Below, one piece after another: positions 49,046 through 57,301 of a stretch of 64,000 nt of DNA. The position numbers were made by a program, and so were the translations under genes. Each line of letters opens with the position of its first letter. The first letter of the stretch is position 1. Source of the stretch: a virus; the IMG/VR virus record IMGVR_UViG_3300006874_000013, positions 1 to 64,000 of that record; one strand, written 5' to 3'. Below the pieces are notes generated by a model. The model made no database searches, was not told where the DNA came from, and saw nothing but the letters and a program-made list of their open reading frames with translations.

Positions 49046-52000
49046 TAGTAACTACTGCCTCCACTTGAACTTGAACCTGTGCCAGTGCCAGACGAAGTAT
49101 CAGAACTGCTACTGCTTATCGTGGTGTCTGATGTTTTATAATTTCCGTGATAGTATGTCACACCATTTGGCATATAGAAAGTTTGCCCAAAGAATGTATG
49201 CATATGAGTTGTACCGTTACCTGCTAATTCAGCAACTTCTTTTGATGAGTACAATGGATAGTAACCTTCGATTGCATATGGTCCTGCTTCTTTGTTTGCG
49301 TTTGCATATTTACTACCTACATTGACTTCTTCCTGTAAGTCGTTATTACTTAATGTTTTACTGTCCAATCTACTGATAATTTCGATATCATTTACAGTGG
49401 CAGTACTCAAGAATAATTCGTTGGGTTCAGACTTAACTTGGAACATTTCGCCAAACTTGCCTGTGCTGTTTTGTGGCATGATAACAATACTACCAATCGC
49501 ACTTCCTAACTGCTGGTGTATATATGTACTCAATTCTGTGAAGTAGAATGTTTCACCAAACTCCCAATTTTTCACATTGAAGTATTGATTGATTACAGAA
49601 ATTATTCTAGTTTTTAATTCATTGTCACTGAATTGATCTGACAATTTGATAACTCTAAATTTTGCTCTTAATTTACTATTGGCTTTGTTACCAAATAATA
49701 ATTTGAATTTTGCACTTCTAAATACTAGACTATCTGTTGCATTCTTATAATCATTTAATTTTTCAAATTCTATGCCTAACTGATTGCTTGTAGGCTCTAA
49801 TGGAAATTCTGTATTTTGTCTATTTTGCCATTTGAGAACTTCTTCGTAGTATGTTGTTGTAAGCATGACCATTTCTATAATGTTACTGATGCTTGGATCA
49901 ATTCTCACATCACCGGGTGCAATATGATTCCATTTAATAATGGCATTCTCTTTAATAGGTGCTAGATTGTTTTGAGTTTGACCTCTGCCTGGCCTTGTAA
50001 AATAATCTGCGGCCTCTATTAATTTTGTTTCGGTGATAGATGTGCCAATTGGTGTAACTTGATACGTTTTATCATCATCTAACACATAAATTATCAAACC
50101 AGACGCATTGGATTTGTTTTCAAATTCTAGTGCTAATGCTTTTGTTTTAACAACAATCCAATCTAAAGTATTAAGAGTATACTGCCTATTGAAACTGCCT
50201 GGAGACAGAATGTTTCTACTGTTTGAAATATCTAGTACAGTTTCATCTCGTAGATCTACTATGTTGCCTACAAATGGTCTATTGTATCTATAACCGTCAA
50301 AGTCATTATAATACTCAAAATACACCAAGTCTGTTTTGTCAGCAAACTCAGAAAATTGTAAAGGATAGTCTGGTACTAAATCACCATCAGTGTCTATTGG
50401 TGCAACTTTGATTTTCCTAGCATCAATATATCCGTCTGCTTCTTTGAATACATCTACAACGTCCCAAACAATCGGTCTATCCAATTTATCTCTGTTATTT
50501 TCATAATAGACATTTAATTTGTCGTTGCTGATATTACCACTGGTGTCTGACATATACAGATAATCTGAATTTTGTAAATTAGTATATCGCAATGTACCTG
50601 TTCTTGTTACTGAATCCCATTTGGTAAAAAGTATTCTACCAAAATTATCTGCAATGGCATTTCCATTTTTATCTGTTGCTTGTGGTGATGTAGCACCTAA
50701 GTTTGCTTGGACAAATTGCTCAGTTGATAATGAACCGTTTTCTTGTAACTGCTTATACATAATAAATGCAACTGTACCTGAATCGTCTACAATATCAGAG
50801 CCAAATGTGGTTGCATTAAATGATATGTCTATGTATGATGGCATGGAACTAATTTTACCTGTATTAGATTGAATAACAACATTAGTTTCCGATGACACAC
50901 CGCCTGAACTGCTAAATGTGTTCAAAGGAACCACAGCATCATTTACAAATAAATCTCTATCTCTGTAACTTTGTGGGGTGGCACCAACATCAGTTCTTAA
51001 AATACCAAAATTACTTACCCAAGAAACGTTAACATCTTCCCAGGTAGTATCTCTGGTTCTCAACGGTATTTCTACCAATCTACCACGTGGTACAGTTGAA
51101 ACTCCAATTGTTTCGTTTTGCCACGCACTGCCTGTCCAACTGAATGTTTCAGTTTCGCCCGGCCTAGTATTCACTGTAGTAAAGATTACACTATCACGTT
51201 TACTTCTGTTGTTGGAATCTAATACTTTAATACTTTTTGTGTTGTAAAATTTGAGATCGCTTTTGCTTTGAACAACATAATCAAAACCTCTTGTTGTTAA
51301 TGTGTATTTGTAAGTATTGTTATCAACAGCAGAATACTCCATAAACAATAGCCAACTGTTTGTTCCTCTGTAATTATTGTCTATGCTAAAAGCATTAGTT
51401 TTTGTATCTGTAGAGATATTTGCTGAGCTAATCACGTACCAAGAATCTTTTAATAAATCATAACCTAAAGCAAACGATTCTTCTGCTTTAATTTTATCTA
51501 CGATCGTTGTTGCTTCAGTTGTAGAAAATTGTTTTCTCAATGAAGGTATAACTTCTATGAGTCTGTATCCTGTTGGTACATCTTCACTTAGTGTCCAAGG
51601 ACCAGTTCCTGTGGACAATGCACTAGACAATGCTCCGTTGTTAGAAATTTTAATGGCTCGTGCCCAAACAACTTGTGCTGTGTCATTTGGATTTACAAAT
51701 TTTAAGAAACAATTTTCTTTCAAAGGCAATAATTTATTACCATGCGTATTGTAAGTTTCTGATCCTATAGTAGGATTGTTTGTGAGCACATCAACAGAAC
51801 CAGTAGAGAACTGCTCAGTTAAATATCCTGTTGTGCCTTTTGCTTTGGATGGTTGTGTGTTCCACAACACATTATCTGCTACAGTATATTTGAATGTGTT
51901 TACACTGCCATTTGCAGTAGGGTCAGTATAAATGTTTCTCATAGAGTAGTAAACAAAATTATTTAATGATAATGTTTTTAATTTGTTTGTTAAAATACTT

Positions 52001-53526
52001 GCTGTAATTTCCACAGGTGTTGAAGTATCGTTAACAAAAATTTGTTCACTTTCAGTTGCGTCATCTATATACAAGAACGCATCGTTGGCAAATGTTTCAA
52101 CACTTTTATATGCTCCAGTAGGATCGTTGATATCAATGTATCTACTGTGTCCGCTGTGAGTTCTGTTGATTGCCTTCATTTTAGTAATGTTTGTGCTTTG
52201 ACTTTGTGGGAACACATTATAGTCTTGTGCTGACACCATTCTATTTTGTGTATAGAATACCTGTGGTGCTCTTTCTTTGATAGCCGCTAAACTTTCTGCA
52301 GGTGTACTATTTCTAATAACCTCCATTAAATCGAATGTAATTGTCAAACCAAAGTTTTTACCATCTTCGTTTTTGTACGGTATTGTGATTGATTTATTTT
52401 TTGCATCATTTGGTTTGATAACATATCTAGTAGGGGAACTTATTCTATGCCATAATCTAAATACACCGTTTGGAATGTTTGCAAAGTTTCCATCGCTGAA
52501 TCTAAGAGTAATTCCTGCTGTGCCTTTATTTTCTATTGCGTATAGATTACGTGTGTTCAACGATGAACTAGTGTAATTTAATGTCTGCCCAATTGTGTTT
52601 GGAATTTTTGTCCATTTATTTTTAACAGAGCCGTTTGCATTGATTTCTTGCAAGTAAACATCATCTTCATTGATATCAATTTTAGATATTGTTTCTTGTC
52701 TATTTTCAACTGGTGTAGTAAAATTAAAATCTTGTGACTGTAAATCACCTTGCTTTATCATTACAAAAAAACCAGTATCCTTACTGTTAAGACCTTTACT
52801 GTCATTTCTATAAATCATATGGAAAGGATTTGTAGGGTCTGGGTGCCTCTCATAAAATTGATCGTTGTCTTTGAGATCTGGATTAATTACATTGAAGTTT
52901 CTTTTCACACCATTTACTGAGATAGGAATGTTGTATGTTATAGGTGCATTCAATGCAGTATTTAATTGATACAGTTCTGAAGGAATGTCATTGATTGTGC
53001 CTTCTTTCACAGGTGCCGAAAACCTATTTGTTTTACTCATAGCACTGTTTAAGATTGTTATAAATTGTTCGTAACTTTGACCGTTATTAACATCGTCCCA
53101 ATAAATTGTTCTACCTGATAAGTTAGTACCTAAACTGTCTGTAATAGGCTCGTTTGTTCTAACGCTGGTAACTTTCATTAGTCCACTTGCGGCAATGTTT
53201 CTTTTAGGATTGTATCCTAACATACGTGCAAGTTTGAAAACAGAATCTCTACTTTCAGCAGTTTCTAAAAAGTTTTCTCTGCTGTTAAGATCCATTCTGA
53301 AAGAAAGTGATTGTGAAAGGTATGCTAACAGATCAATGATGGCAATAAATTCTGAACTGTCAATGTAATCATTGAAATTTTCAGGATAATTTTTCCTAAT
53401 GTAATCTACTAAAGAACTTCTTATAGTATCAAAGTCGTATGCTTGAAAGTTAATTTTAGTATATGCTTTATATGCAACTTTCCAATCTTCTGCCGCAAAT
53501 AAATTATTTTGTCTATTAATAGCCAT
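49045..53526 (-). CDS. gp6: Baseplate wedge subunit (T4 gp6-like)
   Basis: AYDFDTIR..IIDLLAY..SFRMDLNSRENFLETAESRDSVFKLARMLGYNPKR, RFSDGNFANIP and ESLAAIKERAP..TQNRMVSAQDY: gp6/baseplate-J-like motifs, directly after gp25. Confidence 0.85.
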   Translation of the reverse strand: MAINRQNNLFAAEDWKVAYKAYTKINFQAYDFDTIRSSLVDYIRKNYPENFNDYIDSSEFIAIIDLLAYLSQSLSFRMDLNSRENFLETAESRDSVFKLARMLGYNPKRNIAASGLMKVTSVRTNEPITDSLGTNLSGRTIYWDDVNNGQSYEQFITILNSAMSKTNRFSAPVKEGTINDIPSELYQLNTALNAPITYNIPISVNGVKRNFNVINPDLKDNDQFYERHPDPTNPFHMIYRNDSKGLNSKDTGFFVMIKQGDLQSQDFNFTTPVENRQETISKIDINEDDVYLQEINANGSVKNKWTKIPNTIGQTLNYTSSSLNTRNLYAIENKGTAGITLRFSDGNFANIPNGVFRLWHRISSPTRYVIKPNDAKNKSITIPYKNEDGKNFGLTITFDLMEVIRNSTPAESLAAIKERAPQVFYTQNRMVSAQDYNVFPQSQSTNITKMKAINRTHSGHSRYIDINDPTGAYKSVETFANDAFLYIDDATESEQIFVNDTSTPVEITASILTNKLKTLSLNNFVYYSMRNIYTDPTANGSVNTFKYTVADNVLWNTQPSKAKGTTGYLTEQFSTGSVDVLTNNPTIGSETYNTHGNKLLPLKENCFLKFVNPNDTAQVVWARAIKISNNGALSSALSTGTGPWTLSEDVPTGYRLIEVIPSLRKQFSTTEATTIVDKIKAEESFALGYDLLKDSWYVISSANISTDTKTNAFSIDNNYRGTNSWLLFMEYSAVDNNTYKYTLTTRGFDYVVQSKSDLKFYNTKSIKVLDSNNRSKRDSVIFTTVNTRPGETETFSWTGSAWQNETIGVSTVPRGRLVEIPLRTRDTTWEDVNVSWVSNFGILRTDVGATPQSYRDRDLFVNDAVVPLNTFSSSGGVSSETNVVIQSNTGKISSMPSYIDISFNATTFGSDIVDDSGTVAFIMYKQLQENGSLSTEQFVQANLGATSPQATDKNGNAIADNFGRILFTKWDSVTRTGTLRYTNLQNSDYLYMSDTSGNISNDKLNVYYENNRDKLDRPIVWDVVDVFKEADGYIDARKIKVAPIDTDGDLVPDYPLQFSEFADKTDLVYFEYYNDFDGYRYNRPFVGNIVDLRDETVLDISNSRNILSPGSFNRQYTLNTLDWIVVKTKALALEFENKSNASGLIIYVLDDDKTYQVTPIGTSITETKLIEAADYFTRPGRGQTQNNLAPIKENAIIKWNHIAPGDVRIDPSISNIIEMVMLTTTYYEEVLKWQNRQNTEFPLEPTSNQLGIEFEKLNDYKNATDSLVFRSAKFKLLFGNKANSKLRAKFRVIKLSDQFSDNELKTRIISVINQYFNVKNWEFGETFYFTELSTYIHQQLGSAIGSIVIMPQNSTGKFGEMFQVKSEPNELFLSTATVNDIEIISRLDSKTLSNNDLQEEVNVGSKYANANKEAGPYAIEGYYPLYSSKEVAELAGNGTTHMHTFFGQTFYMPNGVTYYHGNYKTSDTTISSSSSDTSSGTGTGSSSSGGSSY

Positions 53527-53894
53527 TACAATCCTTCCGAAATATTTCTTATATACTCAACATAAAGTGAATCTGTGGTATTCTGAGGCACGAATGTAAA
53601 TTCAATTTCGGCACGAATTACATGGTCAAGCACTATAACATTGAGTGTTTTAATCTTTGCTCTAGGATCTCTATTAAAAATTTTTTCTATATCCTCTTCA
53701 ACTTCTTTTTGTAACTTTGTTGTGCTAGGCTCCATTAAAAGATCCCATATAATAGAACCAAAAGTTGGATTCATTACTCTTTCGCCTTTGCGAGTATAAA
53801 GTTCATTCAATAAATCACGTTTTACCAATTCAGAACCTGTCAACGTAAAAGGTGCTGAATTTTCTACTGTGCTGAATCCTACGAAGTTTACCAT
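53526..53894 (-). CDS. gp25: Baseplate wedge subunit (T4 gp25-like)
   Basis: VKRDLLNELYTRKGERVMNPTFGSIIWDLLMEP...DPR: gp25/GPW signature. Confidence 0.9.
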   Translation of the reverse strand: MVNFVGFSTVENSAPFTLTGSELVKRDLLNELYTRKGERVMNPTFGSIIWDLLMEPSTTKLQKEVEEDIEKIFNRDPRAKIKTLNVIVLDHVIRAEIEFTFVPQNTTDSLYVEYIRNISEGL

Positions 53895-53899
53895 ACAAG

Positions 53900-53931
53900 T
53901 ATTTATCTAATTTATTAAAACTAGTTTTAAT
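53900..53931 (-). promoter_or_regulatory. Late promoter GATAAATA with upstream perfect 18-bp palindrome ATTAAAACTAGTTTTAAT
   Basis: Palindrome at 53914-53931; GATAAATA at 53900-53907; ATG 5 nt downstream. Confidence 0.7.
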
Positions 53932-53943
53932 TACCAAAAACAC

Positions 53944-53973
53944 TTGACAATACTTCTAGAGTGTGCTTAAATA
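53944..53973 (+). promoter_or_regulatory. Sigma70-like promoter (TTGACA-N17-TTAAAT) overlapping a CTTAAATA late-like box
   Basis: Perfect -35 box at 53944-53949; imperfect -10 box at 53967-53972; upstream of 54028. Confidence 0.55.
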
Positions 53974-54027
53974 CATACAAGCACTGCAAAGTGTGAAACC
54001 CTAAACCCACAGAAAGAGGATGCTTAA

Positions 54028-54273
54028 ATGCGTCGGTTAGCAAAAAAGTTCAGAGATATTTGGGCTGTGGCTGAGCAACGTAACAAACAAGAGTCGGGCA
54101 GATTCCATCAAATTTATGAAACCAAAAAAGGCTTTGTAGAGATGGGCATTTACGACTACAAAACCAAAAAGTTTGTTACGTTCAACACTGTTAATCTAGT
54201 AGGCAACTACAGATATGATGGTGTTGACTTTCCAACTGAATTTTCGGAGATGGAAAATTTAGTGCTGTCATAA
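54028..54273 (+). CDS. Hypothetical protein (81 aa), self-contained transcription unit
   Basis: SD GAGGA, its own promoter and a downstream terminator; opposite strand to the flanking baseplate genes. Confidence 0.75.
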   Translation: MRRLAKKFRDIWAVAEQRNKQESGRFHQIYETKKGFVEMGIYDYKTKKFVTFNTVNLVGNYRYDGVDFPTEFSEMENLVLS

Positions 54274-54274
54274 T

Positions 54275-54304
54275 AAAAAAGAGGGGTTTGACCCCTCTTT
54301 TTTT
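54275..54304. terminator. Bidirectional rho-independent terminator
   Basis: AAAAAAGAGGGGT-TTG-ACCCCTCTTTTTTT, with A- and T-tracts on either side of the stem. Confidence 0.9.
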
Positions 54305-54325
54305 ATAAAAGTGTAAATATTTACT

Positions 54326-54499
54326 ATGTCAAATCATGAAGACTCTAATGCAGAAATCTATCGTCGACAAATTTTAGCACTTGAGGATACTATAAAGTTA
54401 TTGAAAAGAAATCTATTGGAAGAAAGCAAATTGAAATATGATGCCTACAAACGCATCGGAGAATTGACTTCTACTAGATCTTCGTTGAATCAAAACTAA
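54326..54499 (+). CDS. Small coiled-coil protein (57 aa)
   Basis: Not in the ORF track. MSNHEDSNAEIYRRQILALEDTIKLLKRNLLEESKLKYDAYKRIGELTSTRSSLNQN*; preceded by TGTAAATA 6 nt before the ATG; 3' end overlaps the gp5 stop. Confidence 0.6.
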   Translation: MSNHEDSNAEIYRRQILALEDTIKLLKRNLLEESKLKYDAYKRIGELTSTRSSLNQN

Positions 54500-57293
54500 A
54501 GTTTCTAAAGGCCGCTTTAATTTCGTTTATGGTTTGAGGAGCACCAAACGCCGCATTTGGATCTCCTTGGAACTTCATTTTGTGAAAATCTTGTCTCTTG
54601 TAATATAAATCTTCAGCAAGTTCGCCAAGTGGTGCGCCACCACGTGGATAATCTCTGGTAAGCCCAATACCCTGTTCATCTGATGTTTGGAATACTTCTG
54701 CTTCGTATGCTCTCATTTGCACTAACGTTTCTTGTTTTTCCATATCGCCACCTGGGGTGCTTGGTGCCATAGTCCAACCTTTCATGAGATAAGGAACAAT
54801 TTCAAATTTTTCTTCATTAATTGCTCTCAGTACATTGCTGTTCAAAAATCTTTCTGGGCCAATGTGATGTGCAAAACTTGTTACTGCTAAACGTTGATTA
54901 TTGCTCAGTGGAGTTTTTACAGCATGTTTAACACTTTCAAAAGATTTATTCATATCGCCAATAAAACCAACTGTTTCGCCTATAGGACCTAAGCCATTTG
55001 AGAAATCAACAATTTGAAAACCGTTAGCATCTTCAAATATAAATCCTCCAGCATCTTGTATCATTGAAATACCTTGTGCTTCTAATGCATTAGCAAATCC
55101 TTTTACGTCTGTGATAACACCATTGATGTCTGCAAATTGAGATTTAATGTTGTTAATCTCTCCCATTAATTCTTGTACTTGCCCTTCAAGTAAATCAACA
55201 GGTATGCCGGCTTCAAGTGCAAATGCTCTTAGCCTTGCTTCAATCTCAGTTAAATTTTTAGCCATACCAATCACTTTTTCTAGTTCAGGATTTGAAACTG
55301 CAAATCTAACTGGTGGCAACATTGCTTTGAATGCCGCGGTCATTTCATCCAATCCTGTGATCTGTAAAAGTTGATCTTTGGCCATTTCCTTGAATTCGTT
55401 ATATACAGCGGCAAGTCCAGCAAAGGTTGGGATACTGTTTAATAAAGCATTGCCTGCTCCTGCAATTTGACTTGCGGCACTAACTGCTTGATCTGCGGCT
55501 CCAGTAATACTGTTTTGTAAGTCTGTTACAGTTTTTCCAGCAGAATCTACTGCACCCATAGCAACTTGTGTACCACTTGGGGTTTGAACATCACTGCCTT
55601 TGCCTGTGGTAGGGTCAACAGTGCCTTCACCTTGTGTAGCATTTTCCACTTTTTCATAAGCGGCCTTGACTGCTTCGTTTTGTGTGTCTATTGCTAGGTC
55701 ACTAGGTATAAGTTGATTCTTTTCAGGATCGTAATTGTAATGCATATCAGGCTCTGGGCCTGGCAGTCTTGTTAATGTTGTTAAAATCTCATGCACCGTG
55801 CCAGTACGTTTACCACCAGTAGTAAGTGGTGCAGTGGAATCTCTATCAAATTCTGGTGCATCTTCTGGTGCTAGTTTCTTTTTGCCTTTTGCGGTTTCAC
55901 TGGCTGGTCTTGCATACGGAGGTACAGGTGGAGTAGGTGTACTTGCAAAACTGTTCAAATTCATAACAAGAGCATCAGCATTAAATGCCAATCCACCAAA
56001 CATATTAACAGCACCTGCTATCACATCAAATCCGATACCCGATAACATTGTAACTCTGCCTGCCATACATACAACTTCAAAGTTACCTGTACCAGTAGAC
56101 ATAGAATTAGCGCCTGTTGTTACCAAAGTAGAACCACCACTGTTTATATTGACATCACCAGTACTGGCTGTTAAGTATGAGTTTCTACTGGAATTAAAAT
56201 GCATGTCACTGGCAGAGTCTAATTTAATTTCACCACCTGTGCCCAGTGGTCCTGTAATGTCTCCTGCTATGCCTTGTATAACAGCACCACCTGGTGCTCG
56301 TTGTCCGGCTATGTTGTCACCTAATGCAGTTACATGTACGTTTTGCCCTGCTTCTAAATTTAAGTTGTATTCTGCACGTAAGTTTAAGTCTCCCATAGAT
56401 CTGATATTGATACTGTTCTCACCAAATATATCAATTTGTCCATTGTTTTTGAACTCCATTTTTGCGGAGCCTTTTTGATTAATTATAAATATCGAACCAG
56501 TGGTATCATCGAGCAAAAGTTGTGCGCCGCCACCGGACCTTATTCTGATAATTCTGCTGTCCTTGTGATCATCCATTATGAACTGATGACCTGAAGCTCT
56601 AACGTTAGATTTTTTGCCGGGCTGTGTTAAATCTCCGCCGCCGCTTTTAAGCAATCGTCCTGGTGTTAGTATACCAAATACTTCACTGGGTGCTTCACGT
56701 CTTGAACCCGAACTGCCAAATCCCCTAATAGGATCTAGTGCCAGCCCTTGCTTGACCACTGCTTCTGATAAATCAAACTCAATGGGTCTCGGTCTATCGT
56801 TTGATGTGGGCTTGCCTTCTTTGGGACTTATTTCTGTAGTAGGTAATGATACACTGCTGTCGGCATATGATACAGCCGCTGGTTGTCCTGGAATACTGTT
56901 TGAAAATTTTCCTGGAAAAACACATGATAATATTAAACCAAATTTTGAATCACCGTCACCAAATGCCACAACAACATGGTTGCCAATATCAGGTGGTTGC
57001 ATCCAAAATCCATAGGATTGTATAGCACCTTCTGGGTCTTCTATGTCGTCGCTGAGATTTGCATATCGTGTTGTACCTGCAAACGGAGAGCACCATAAGC
57101 ATTGCACAATCTGAGAGCTTCTACTTTGAGTTGCTGGAATTCTCACTGCAATCGCATGTTCGAATGCTTCGTCAAGATTGTCTTCGATGATTCCCAGTGC
57201 AATGTTTTTAGGAACACCAAGACGCTCTCTGAAATCTCTTATATTTACGATTTCATTGATGTCTCTATTTAATGTTCTAGTTGTCTGCGACAT
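54474..57293 (-). CDS. gp5: Baseplate central spike/hub protein (T4 gp5-like) with C-terminal lysozyme-like domain
   Basis: OB-fold SYGFWMQPPDIGNHVVVAFGDGD, beta-helix GHQFIMDD..IRIRSGGGAQLLLDD, and C-terminal GH24-like LSNNQRLAVTSFAHHIG..FLNSNVLRAIN..W..LVQMRAYEAEVF. Confidence 0.8.
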   Translation of the reverse strand: MSQTTRTLNRDINEIVNIRDFRERLGVPKNIALGIIEDNLDEAFEHAIAVRIPATQSRSSQIVQCLWCSPFAGTTRYANLSDDIEDPEGAIQSYGFWMQPPDIGNHVVVAFGDGDSKFGLILSCVFPGKFSNSIPGQPAAVSYADSSVSLPTTEISPKEGKPTSNDRPRPIEFDLSEAVVKQGLALDPIRGFGSSGSRREAPSEVFGILTPGRLLKSGGGDLTQPGKKSNVRASGHQFIMDDHKDSRIIRIRSGGGAQLLLDDTTGSIFIINQKGSAKMEFKNNGQIDIFGENSINIRSMGDLNLRAEYNLNLEAGQNVHVTALGDNIAGQRAPGGAVIQGIAGDITGPLGTGGEIKLDSASDMHFNSSRNSYLTASTGDVNINSGGSTLVTTGANSMSTGTGNFEVVCMAGRVTMLSGIGFDVIAGAVNMFGGLAFNADALVMNLNSFASTPTPPVPPYARPASETAKGKKKLAPEDAPEFDRDSTAPLTTGGKRTGTVHEILTTLTRLPGPEPDMHYNYDPEKNQLIPSDLAIDTQNEAVKAAYEKVENATQGEGTVDPTTGKGSDVQTPSGTQVAMGAVDSAGKTVTDLQNSITGAADQAVSAASQIAGAGNALLNSIPTFAGLAAVYNEFKEMAKDQLLQITGLDEMTAAFKAMLPPVRFAVSNPELEKVIGMAKNLTEIEARLRAFALEAGIPVDLLEGQVQELMGEINNIKSQFADINGVITDVKGFANALEAQGISMIQDAGGFIFEDANGFQIVDFSNGLGPIGETVGFIGDMNKSFESVKHAVKTPLSNNQRLAVTSFAHHIGPERFLNSNVLRAINEEKFEIVPYLMKGWTMAPSTPGGDMEKQETLVQMRAYEAEVFQTSDEQGIGLTRDYPRGGAPLGELAEDLYYKRQDFHKMKFQGDPNAAFGAPQTINEIKAAFRNFSFDSTKI

Positions 57294-57301
57294 GTTGTTC
57301 C

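Noticed and set aside
53975-54027. c-di-GMP-I riboswitch in the 54028 leader (GNRA loop and CCTAAAC seen)
   Set aside because: The leader is too short and lacks the paired P1/P2/P3 architecture; only isolated sub-motifs match.
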